Origin: Pristiophorus japonicus
Lineage: Eukaryota
Direction: 5' to 3'
Assembly: GCF_044704955.1 (NCBI RefSeq)
Contig: NW_027252779.1
Location: 7,254,001-7,318,000, forward strand
DNA length: 64,000 nucleotides
Below are positions 36,305-46,929 of the stretch, piece after piece. A model generated the notes under the pieces. It made no database searches. It saw only the letters and a program-made list of their open reading frames with translations, and was not told the DNA's origin. Both the position numbers and the translations under genes were made by a program. Position 1 is the first letter of the stretch. Each line of letters opens with the position of its first letter.

Positions 36305-37350
36305 CATAGGAACATAAGAATTAGGAGAATGTTTCGACCATTTGGCCCTTCGAGTCTGCTCCGCCATTGAATCAATGAAATCACCTCATATTCATCTAAA
36401 CTCTGTCGAATATAGGCCGAGTCTTCTCAACCTCTCCTCATAGGATAATAACCCATCTCAGGAATCAGCTGGTGAACCTCCGTTAAACCTAACTCGAAGG
36501 CAGATGCAACCTTCCATCGGTACAGAGACCAAAATTGTCCACATTATTCCAGGTGCAGTTTCACCAGCGTGCGATAATTGCAGTAAGACATATCTACTCT
36601 TATACGCAAATCCTGCTACAATAAATGGCAACATTCCATTTTCTTTCTTAATTGCTTGCCGTTCCTGCAGGTTAAAATTCAGTGATTCGTGTACAAGGAC
36701 ACCTAGTCCCTCTGAATAACAACACTTCCCAAGCACACACAATTAAAAAAAATAATCTGCTTTTCTATTTTTCATAGCAAAATGGACAACATCACATCTG
36801 TCCACGTTATTTTCCATTTGCCTTGTTATTGCCCACTTATTTAGCCAGACTTTAATCGCATGCCGTTTTTATGCCTACTCCTCACAACGGACTCACCCAT
36901 CTAACGTTTTATCATCAGAAAATTGGGATGTATTACTTTTGGTCCATTAATTCAAATCGGTGACATGGATTTTGAATAGCTGGGGCAGAAGCCCTGATCC
37001 TTCACAGCACCGCACTAGTTACAACCTGCCAAACCGAAAATGACCCGTTTATTCCTACTCTCTAATTTCTGTCCATTAACCAATCCTCGATCACTGCCAA
37101 CAATCCCATTAGCTCTAATTTTGTTCAGTAACCACTTCCATGGCACCTAATCTAATGCCCTCTGAAAATCGAAATACATCACATCCACTGATCCCCTTTT
37201 CTATACTATTAGTTACAGCATCAGTAAACTCTAAAAGATTTGACAAACATGACTTATTTTTCATAAAACTGTGTTGACTTTCCCCAGTTCTATTATTATT
37301 TTCTAAGGGCCCTGTTACCACTTCCATAGAACTTTCCCTACTACTGATGT
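36305..37350 (-). mobile_element. CR1 ORF2 fragment with tail
   Basis: Reverse (gaacata)n tail; ORFs with GVLVHESL...KKENGML and ESQHSFMKNKSCLSNLLEF. Confidence 0.85.
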
Positions 37351-37722
37351 CAGACTAACGGTAAAGTTTACTTTCATGCAGAGTTTGTCTGTTTGGACGC
37401 AAAAGCCGAAAATGTCATTTCATTTCATTGCATTAACAACTCGCAGAAAGAGACACCAATGTATTGATTAATAGAAACACACATATCCAAATATATTGCT
37501 GCTAAGAAGCAGTTACACGCAAATATAAAGCAGGGCGATGGAGAATATCAGTGGAGCCTTAATAATTGATAGCTTCTTGCTGAGACCCGTACAGAAACAA
37601 CGGGATAAAAGGTCTCTTTCTGTGCAGTATAATTCGATGTTTCTATATTTTATTTCTTATGAGACAGCTGTAAAAGGCAGCTGCATGATGGGAGTACTGG
37701 TACCTCACAGCATTTTTGCGTG

Positions 37723-37817
37723 GTATTAGTGGCGCAATCGGTTAGTGCATGGTATTTACATGATAGAGAAAACTTGGGGAAATGCTGAGGCCATGATTTC
37801 GAATCTTACATACAGCT
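37723..37817 (+). pseudogene. Intron-containing tRNA-Ile(TAT) pseudogene
   Basis: agtggcgcaatcggttagtgcatggtatttaca[~20 nt]atgctgaggccatgatttcgaatct matches Ile-TAT with its intron. Confidence 0.8.
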
Positions 37818-37984
37818 GCCAGTGCCTTTGCATATAACATCTCGACGATCTAAAAATACGTAAAATGCTCATCGGCTATTGCAACATTGTGGGTCACAAG
37901 AAACACATTGGCCACATGTAACATTTAATAAACAGACAAACCTTGGGTGCATTACAATTGTACCTTCGAATATTGTCACAATGC

Positions 37985-39160
37985 GTTTGATAAGGTCCCA
38001 CACAAGAGATTGGTGTGCAAAGTAAAAGCACATGGTATTGGGTGTGAGGTGGATATTGAACTGATGAGCAGACAGGGAGTCGGGTAAACGGGTCTTTTTC
38101 ACAATGGCAGGCAGTGACTAGTGAGGTACACAGGGCTCAGTGCTGGGACCCCAGCTATTTACAAGGTACATCAATGATTTAGATGAAGGAATTGAATGTA
38201 ATGTTTCCAAGTTTGCAAATGACACTAAGCTGGGAGGTGCTTTGAGCTGCGGATGATGCTAAGAGGCTGCAGGTGATTGGGCGGGTTAGGTGAGTGGGCA
38301 CATGCATGACAGATGCAGTATCATGTGGATAACGGTGATGTTCCCGACATTGGAGACAAAAACACGATGGCAGAATATTATCTGAATCGCAGCAGATTAG
38401 AAAAAGGGGAGGTGCAACAAGTCCTGGGTGTCATGGTACATCAGTCATTGAATGTTCGCATGCAGGTGCAGCAAGTGGTGAAGAAGGCAAATGGCATTTT
38501 GGCCTTCATAGCGAGAGGATTTGAGTACAGGAGCAGGGAGGTCTTACTGCAAATGTACAGGGCCTTGTTCAGGCATCGCCTGGAATATTGTGTTCAGTTT
38601 TTGTCTCCTAATCTGAGGAAGGACGTTCTTGCTATAGAGGGAGGGCAGCGAAGGACGTTCTTGCTATAGAGGGAGGGCAGACTGATTTCCGAGATGGCGG
38701 GACTGACATATGAAGAGAGAGTGGATCGATTAGGCATGTATTCACTGGAGTTTAGAAGGTTAAGTGTGGATCGCATAGAAACATATAAAATTCTGATGGT
38801 ACAGGACAGATTAGATGCAGGAAGAATGTTCCCGATGTTGGGGAAGTCCAAAACCAGTGTACACAGTTTAAGGATAAGTGGTAAGTTATTTAGGACTGAG
38901 ATGAGGAGAAACGTCTTCACGCAGAGTTGTTAACCTGTGGAGTTCTCTAGAGCAGAGAGTTGTTGATGCAAGTTCGTTGGATAAATTCAAGAGGGAGTTA
39001 GATTTGGCCCTTATGGCTAAAGGGATTAAGGGGTATGGAGAGAAAGCAGGAAAGGGGTACTGAGGGAATGATCAGGCATGACCGTATTGAAAGGATGGTG
39101 CAGACTCGAAGTGTCAAATGGCCTACTCCTGCACTTTTTCCTATTTTTCTATATTTCTAT
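37985..39160 (+). mobile_element. CR1 RT to 3' tail
   Basis: ORFs 38313-38669 and 38694-38933 closely resemble 13392-14126; (ttctatat)n tail. Confidence 0.9.
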
Positions 39161-39161
39161 A

Positions 39162-40295
39162 TAACTTGAACTCTGTCGCCTGGAAAACACACTTCGAATG
39201 TTTCAACCTGAGTACCACGCGACTTAACTGACTTAGAACCGCTTCCAGGTTCTGCAAGTGTTCTATGCTGTCCAGACCTGTGTCCAGTATGTTTTCCTGG
39301 AAAGCCACAATGCCCGGAACCGACTTTAGCAGACTCTCCATGTTTCTTTGGCAAATTGCTGTGGCCAGTCGAATCCCAAACAGGCATCTATTGTAGATGA
39401 ACAGAGCTTTGTTCGTGTTGATGTAGGTGAGGCCTTTTGTGACTCTTCCAGCCCCTGCGCCATGTCGGACGAGGTCAGCTCCAACATGGTGAATGTCTTT
39501 GCTCCAGTCACGATCGCAAATATGTCGTCTGCCTTGGGTACTGGTCCTGTAGGGAAAAACGGTTTATCGTGACTTTATAGTCCCCACGAATTCTGACCAT
39601 TCCGTCACCTTTGAGAACTGGAACAGTAGGACTGGACCACTCGGTGAACGCCATGATGCCTTCACGCTGCACCCTGGCAAGCTCAATTTCCACTTTCTCT
39701 TGCATTATATACGTTACCGCCTGTGCATTGTGGGGGACGGGTCATGCACCGGGAGCCACGTGGTTCTGTATCTTTGCCCCCGAGAAACTTCCGATGCTTT
39801 GCTCAAACAATGACGGGAACTTGCTTAGAACCTGGGCACATGTTGCAGCGTCAACGGACAAGTGCGCTCGAATGTCGTCCCAGTTCCAGCAGATTTTTGC
39901 CAGCCAGTTTCTGTCGAACAGTGTGGGGCCATCTACTCGTACAATCCATAGTGGGAGTTCGTGCACTGTTCCATCATAGGAGGCTTTTACTGCTGCACTG
40001 CGAATTACAGGGATCAGTACTTTAATATAATTTCTCAGCTTGCTATGAAAAGGGCTCAACATGGGGATGTGTGCCTTGTTGCACACAGCCTGTCGAAGGC
40101 CTTTTTGCTCGTGATAGACTGACTTGCACCCATGCCCAGTTACATGGATACTGCAGTTCCATCCTGTTCTATTTTACCATGATCGGTGGAAATTTTATCA
40201 TGAAGTTGTGTAAACCATACACATCTGCCGCCTCGGTTCGAGTCTCTAGTTCAGCCTGATCTGCCATGGATCTGTTCTCCTCTTTAACGCAGTTG
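39162..40295 (-). mobile_element. Gypsy pol fragment (protease-RT), decayed
   Basis: ORFs EKVEIELARVQREGI...WSSPTVPVLKGDG.VRI.GDYKVTIN, GAKTFT.L.LT, FQENIL...EHLQNLEAVL and GPTLF.RNWL. Confidence 0.9.
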
Positions 40296-40297
40296 AG

Positions 40298-40510
40298 GCT
40301 AGCTCATTGAATATATTCAAGTCACAGATAGATATATTTTTAACCAATAAGGGAATTACGGGTTATGGGGAAGCTGGCGGGTAAGTTGAGCTGAGTCTAC
40401 GGCCAGATCAGCCATGATCTCGTTGAATGGCGGAGCAGGTTCGATCGGCGAGATGGCCTACTCCTGTTCCTAATTCTTATGTTCTTATGTATGTTCTTTT
40501 GTTCTTATTA
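40298..40510 (+). mobile_element. CR1 3' end
   Basis: 3' UTR identical in type to 46250-46443, with (ttcttatg)n tail. Confidence 0.85.
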
Positions 40511-40569
40511 TCTGTCTGATTGGTAAGTATCTCACTTTCATTTTCACCTTCTGGACTGCTCATGTGCAC

Positions 40570-40985
40570 TCTTGTGGGAGCGTGGGCAGTTTCAGCAGGA
40601 ACGGTGAGGTCGGGTGACGGAGCAGCAAGAGATTGTTGAGGAATATGTCCGGGGACCAGGACAGTCGCGAGTTCGGGTCCCAGAAGATGCGAGAGTCCTG
40701 GGGTAGCACTGAACAGCCCACACTGCGATATGTGTGCGCATAATTTGCATGCAGTGCAGCTGGTTTCCAGTCGCCTTGATTTAACCTTGCCAAGATTAGC
40801 TCTCTCACGCCCATGTGGCGGCTGCTGTGCAAGGGTCACCACACGTTAAAAATAAACGCACATGCATCTTCCACCTTTCAAGATTTATTTCGGGACCTGG
40901 AATTTTAGCTCCTTCATTGAAACTACTCTGAACTTTATGGTATGGAAGCAAATCATACTCGATTTGAGGGACTGCCTATGATGAT
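40570..40985 (+). mobile_element. Non-coding element ending in the RTE 3' tail (putative RTE-dependent non-autonomous element)
   Basis: Ends ggaagcaaatcatactcgatttgagggactgcctatgatgat, matching the RTE tail at 4950-4994; upstream is GC-rich with no RTE ORF. Confidence 0.6.
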
Positions 40986-40999
40986 CACCCTTGCTTAAG

Positions 41000-42790
41000 A
41001 AGGGAGAAATGCATAGGCCCCGTAATTACAGACCACTTAGCCTAACCTCAGTGGTGGGACAATTATTGAAAAAAATCCTTAAATACAACATAAATCTACA
41101 TTTATAAAGGCAAGAATTAATGAGGGGCAGTCAGCACGGAATTGTTAAGGGAAGATCGAGTTTGACTAATCTAAGCGGATTTTTCGAGGAGGCAACCAGA
41201 TGGGTTGATGAGGGTATTGCGTATGATGGAGTGTATATGAACTTTAGCAATCCTTTTGATAAGGTCCCAGATTGTAGATTGGTCACGAAGGTTAAATCCC
41301 ACGGGATCCAGCGCAAAGGAGCAAGATGGATCTAAAATTGGCTTACAGATAGAAAAAAATGGTAATGTTAGATGGATGTTTTTGTGACTGGAAGAATGTT
41401 TGCAATGAGTTTCCACATGATTCAGCGTGGGGCCACTTGAGTTTTCTGTTATAAATCAGTGATCTATATTTGCATATAGGGATTATGATTAAGACGTTTG
41501 CAGCTGAGACTAAAATTGGCTCTGTGCTTGATAATGAAGAGGAAAGTCATGGAGTGCAGGAGGATATCAATCTACTGGCCTGGCGAGCAGAACAGTGGCA
41601 TATTGAAGTTAATTCACAGAAGTGTGCTGTAATGCACTTGGGGAGGTCTAATAATGAATGGCTTTACACATTAAGCGGTAGACCACTTAATAGCGCAGTT
41701 GAACAATGGATCTTGGAGTGCTTGTCCACATAACCCTGACAGTTGCACGCTAGGTGGATAAGGTGTTTATAAGGCATATGGAATGCTTGCCTTTATTAGC
41801 CGAGGTTATATTTAAATTGTATAATACTCCAGTTAGGCCACAGCTGGAGTTCTGCCTGCATTTCTAATCGCCACTTCATAGGAGGGATGTGGTTGCAGTG
41901 GAGGGTGTGCAAAGGAAATTTATAGAATGCTGCCTGCAATGGGAGAGTCTTAGCTCTGAGGACAGATTGGCTCAGCTGGATTTGTTCACATTGGAACAGA
42001 GGAGGCTAAGTGGAGACCTCATTGAGTTCCAGACCAGTTTGAGGATCCTGAATATATTGGATAGCAAGGGCTTATTTCCTTGCTGCAGTGGTCAATTACT
42101 AGGGGTCATAGATTTAAAGTGGTTGGTTGTAGACCAGAGGGATTTTGAGGGGAAACCTTCTGCAAGCAGAAGCATGTGGCGATCTGGAACTCGATGCCTG
42201 GATGGCTGATGGATGCAGAAATCTTCATCACATTTAAAATATGCTTGGATGGACACTTGCATTGCTTTGACCTGCAGGGATAGGAACCAAGAAATTGGAA
42301 GTTGGATTAGACTGTGATAACCTCTTGTTGTCTGGCGCAGATACGATGGTAAACATAGAAAACATAGAAAATAACTGCAGGATTAGGCCCTTCGAGCATG
42401 CACCGCAAATACTGCAGGCAGCCTAATTCAGCCAGAGAGGAATGCCGGATTGGTTCGTTCGCCTGGCTGTGTCGAAGAGGAATTATCCTAGATTTTCTTC
42501 CGCAATTGCCTCGGATTTTGCCTTGTTTTTCGCCTCTCCCAGTGGATCGCAGGCCTCCAGGTGAGGTGGTGCGTAGAATGCTGCAGGCAAGGGGTCTCGC
42601 AGTTGTGTGGGGCAGACTGCTTGGGCCTGATGCTCTTTTCCTATCTGCCATCGTTCATTGTTCATAATTTTATATGTAACCTTCAGAGCTGCTGAGTGAG
42701 GGCCGTCTGGATCGTTATCGGCCGGCATGGACACGTTAGTCCGAAGTGGCCTCCTTCTGCAATGTGAATTTCTACGTTTCTATGTTTTTA
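41000..42790 (+). mobile_element. CR1 RT to long 3' UTR
   Basis: SQHGIVKGRSSLTNL, F.KVPD, RRLSGDLIE; extended 3' UTR shared with 60590-61005. Confidence 0.85.
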
Positions 42791-44119
42791 GCGGGAGCAA
42801 AAAGATAACTTTGAAATTTTGTGCCTATTAGAGACCATAAAGGAAATCTGAATGTGGAGGCGGAAGAGGTTGGTCCGATTCTGAGTGACTATTTAGCATC
42901 CCTTTTCACAGAAGAGAGGATCGATGCAGAGTTTGTAATGAAGGAGGAGGAGTGTGAAATATTAGACGTGATAAATATAGTGTGAGAGTATTATCGTGAG
43001 TATTAAGGGGCTTAACAGCTTTAAAAGTGGATAAATCCCTAGGAGTGGATGAAAAATTAACCCAGGATTTTAAGAGAAGCAAAAAAGTAAATAGCAGATG
43101 CTCTGACCATCATTTTACAATCCTCTCTTGCTGCAGGTACGATGCCAGAGGACTGGAGGACCGCTAATGTCGTAAACTTGTGTTATGAGGAAAAAAGTTA
43201 CATACCGACTACATACAGGCCAGTCAAACTAACTTCGGTGGTGGGAAAGGTATTGGAAGAAATACGGAAGGACAGGATGAATCTTCATTTGTAAAGGCAC
43301 AGATTAATCACGAACAGTCAGCTTGGATTTTTCAAAGTGAATTTCGCGTCTGACTAACTTGATTACATTTTTCGAAAAAGTAACCAGTAGTGTTGATGAG
43401 GGCAGTGCATATGATATAATGTATATGAAAGTTAGAAAACCATTTCACATGGTCCCACATGTCAGATTGTTCACGAAAGTAATAGCCCTTGGGACCCAGC
43501 GCAACGTGGCAAGTTTGATACAAAATTGTCTAGGAGGCAGGAAGCAAAGGCTAAGGTTTGGTGGTTGTTTTTGTGACTGGAAAGCTGTCTCCAATGTGGT
43601 TGCAAATGGCTCAGTTCTGGATCGCTTGTTTTTTGGCAGTATACATCAATGTCTTGGACTTACATATTTGGGTTTTGATTGAGTTGTTTGCAGATTACAC
43701 TCAAATAGGCTGCGTGGTTGATAATGAAGAAGTCAACTGCGGGCAGCACAAATATATCAATGTACTGGTCAGGTGTGCAGCACCGTGGCAAAAGGATTTA
43801 TCTCCGGAAAAGTGTGAGGTAATACAATTAGGGAGGTCTAACAAACCAACGGAATAAAGATTGAATGGTACGACACTTAAGAGTGCAGTGGAACAAAGAG
43901 AACTTGGTCTGCAGTTCCTCAGCTCCCTGAAGGTAGCAGGCCAGGAAGATAAGATGGGTAAGAAGACATACGTAATGCTTCATTTTAAAAGTCGAAGCAT
44001 TGAATAAAAGAGCAAGGAGTCTATGCTTGAACAGTCCAAAACCCTGGTTAGGCAGCAGTTGGAGTAGAGGAGACTTGCAAGCCTGTTGCCTGGACTGGAG
44101 AATTTCAGCTATGAGGATG

Positions 44120-46443
44120 AGGAAGTGTGTATCAGAAACGAGGTACTATGCTTAAAAAAAGGGGACTACAGTGGGATGAGGGCAGAGTTGACTAAAGTAG
44201 ACTGGAAACAAGGACTAAACGGTGGCACAATTGAGGAACAGTGGAGGACTTTTAAGGAGCACTTTCATAGTGCGCAAAAAGAATATATTCCAGTGAAAAA
44301 GAAGGGCGGCAAGAGAAGTAAAACCAGCCGTGGTTATTTTTAACGACAGCAAAGAATGACTACGAAAGCAATAAAGAGTGGAAAGATAGATTACGAAAGA
44401 AAACTGGCGCAAAACATAAAAACAGATAGTAAAAGCTTTTACCGATATATAAAACGGAAGAGAGTGACTAAAGTAAATGTTGGTCCCTTAGAAGATGAGA
44501 AGGGAGATTTAATAATGGGAAATGTGGAAATGGCTGAGACCTTAAACAACTATTTTGCTTCCGTCTTCACAGTGGAAGACATAAAAACAATGCCAACATA
44601 TGCAGGCCACAGGAATGTGGGAAGGGAGGACCTTGAGACTATCACTATCACTAGGGGAGTAGTGCTGTACAGGCTAATGGGACTGAAGGTAGACAAGTCC
44701 CCTGGTCCTGATGAAATACATCCCAGGGTATTAAAAGTGATGGCTGAAGTTATAGCAGATACAGTCGTTATAATGTATCAAAATTCTCTGGACTCTGGGG
44801 AGGTACCAGCGGATTGGATAGCAGCTAATGTAACGCCTCTCTTTAAAAAAGGGGACAGGCACAAGGCAGGTAACTATAGGCCGGCTAGTTTAACATCTGT
44901 AGTGGGGAAAATGCTTGAAACTATCATTAAGGGAGAAATAGCGGGACATCTGGATAGGAATAGTGCAATCAAGCAGACGCAGCATGGATTCATGAAAGAG
45001 AAATCATGTTTAACTAACTTACTGGAATTCTTTGAGGATATAACGAGCATGGTAGATAGAGGTGTACCGATGGATGTGGTGTATTTAGATTTCCAAAAGG
45101 CATTCGATAAGGTGCCACACAAAAGGTTACTACAGAAGATGAAGGTATGCGGAGTCAGAGGAAATGTATTAGCATGGATAGAGATTTGGCTAGCGAACAG
45201 AAAGCAGAGAGTCGGGATAAATGGGTCCTTTTCCGGTTGGAAATCAGTGGTTAGTGGTGTGCCAAAGGGATCATTGCTGGAACCACAACGGTTTACAATA
45301 TACATAGATGACCGAGAAGAGGGGACAGAGTGTAGTGCAACAGAATTTGCAGATGACACTAAGATTAGTGGGAAAGCGGGTTGTGTAGAGGACTCAGAGA
45401 GACTGCAAGGAGAATTGGATAGGTTAAGCGAATGGGCTAAGGTTTGGCAGATGGAATACAATGTCGGAAATTGTGAGGTCATCCACCTTGGGAAAAAAAA
45501 CAGTAAAAGGGAATATTATTTGAATGGGGAGAAATTACAACATGCTGTTTTGTAAAGGGAGTTGGGGGTCTTTGTGCATGAAACTCTTTTTATAAACAAA
45601 AGATATAACATTTCATTCAGCAAGCTAATTGATCACGGCAGGACTCGAACCTTCAATCTACTGTTAATTTCGCAGTTATAATCGAAATCAGACACTTATC
45701 CATTAGGCCACGCGGCCGCTGCTTCCTTGTGCATGAATCCCAAAAGGTTAGTTTGCAGGTGATGCAGGTAATCAGGAAGGCAAATGGAATATTGGCTTTC
45801 ATTGTGAAAGGAATGGAGTACAAAAGCAGGGAGGTCTTGCTGCAACTGTATAAGGTATTGGTAAGGCCGCACCTGGAGAACTGCGTGCAGTTTTGGTCAC
45901 CTTACTTAAGGAAGGATATACTAGCTTTGGAAGGGGTAGAGAGAAGATTCACTCGGCTGATTCCAGAAATGAGGGGGTGACCTTATGATGATAGATTGAG
46001 TCGACTGGATCTCTATTCCTTGGAGTACAGAAGGATGAGGGGTGATCTTTTAGAAATATTTAAAATCATGAAAGGGATAGACAAGATAGAGGCAGAGAGG
46101 TTGTTTCCATTGGTGGGAGAGACTAGACCTAGGGGGCACAGCCTCAAAATACAGGGGAGCAAATTTAAAACCGAGTTGAGAAAAAAATTACTCTCCCAGA
46201 GGGTTGTGAATCTGTGGAATTCTCTGCCCATGGAAGCAGTTGCGACTAGCTCATTGAATGTTTTCAAGTCAAAGATAGATAGATTTTTAACCAATAACGG
46301 AATTAAGGGTTACGGGGAGAGGGCGGGTAAGTGGAGCTGAGTCCACGACCAGATCAGCCATGATCTTATTGAATGGCGGAGCAAGCTCGAGGGGCTAGAT
46401 ATCCGACTCCTGTTCCTAATTCTTATGTTCTTATGTTCTTATG
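44120..46443 (+). mobile_element. Young 5'-truncated CR1, best-preserved copy in the window
   Basis: 399-aa ORF 44356-45555 with NYRP.SLTSVVGKMLE, YLDFQKAFDKVPH, SGVPKGS and FADDTK; continues in ORFs 45729-46340; (ttcttatg)n tail. Confidence 0.95.
45630..45717 (-). pseudogene. tRNA-Arg(TCG) with 16-nt intron, retroposed copy inside CR1
   Basis: Sense GGCCGCGTGGCCTAATGGATAAGTGTCTGATTTCGA[TTATAACTGCGAAATT]AACAGTAGATTGAAGGTTCGAGTCCTGCCGTGATCA. Confidence 0.9.
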
Positions 46444-46929
46444 AAAGATTGAAGATGCTGGAGCTGTTTTGTTTGTAAAAGAGGAGGCTAAGGGGAGACC
46501 TGATTCAACTGGCTAAAATTATGAGTGGCCTGGAAAGATTGGATAGGAAGGATCGGTTTCCATTGGCAGAGGGGACAACACTCAAGGGGTTATAAATTTA
46601 AAGTAATTGGGCAGAGATATGAGAAGATATGGGGGGAAATGACTGCATCCAATGACTGCTGGTGGTTGGTAACTAACTGCCTGAAAGCGTGGTGGAGGCA
46701 GGAAACCTCACCATATTTAGAAGATAATTGGGTGCGCGCTAAACGAGCCATAACTTACATGGCTACGGACCAAAAGATTGAAATTCAGATTAAACTCCTA
46801 AGGCAGGTAGACCATGCAGTTAGCTACAAATTAAAGCTCCCTCAGCACACTCCCATCAAGCAATATCAGGGCAGGCAGAGCACGGGTTACATGCAGAGGA
46901 AAGCTTCCTCTGTACTCACGCATTACCAG

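Larger units (their letters stand above)
42820..46800 (+). mobile_element. Older CR1 split by a younger CR1 (44120-46443)
   Basis: The older copy stops at MPGLENFSYE (44117) and resumes at ~46441 (gaaagattgaagatgctgg...gaggaggctaaggggagacctg). Confidence 0.8.

Noticed and set aside
44356-45555. 399-aa reverse transcriptase ORF as a functional or domesticated gene
   Set aside because: It is part of a 5'-truncated CR1 with downstream stops and an insertion; ordinary young transposon copy.
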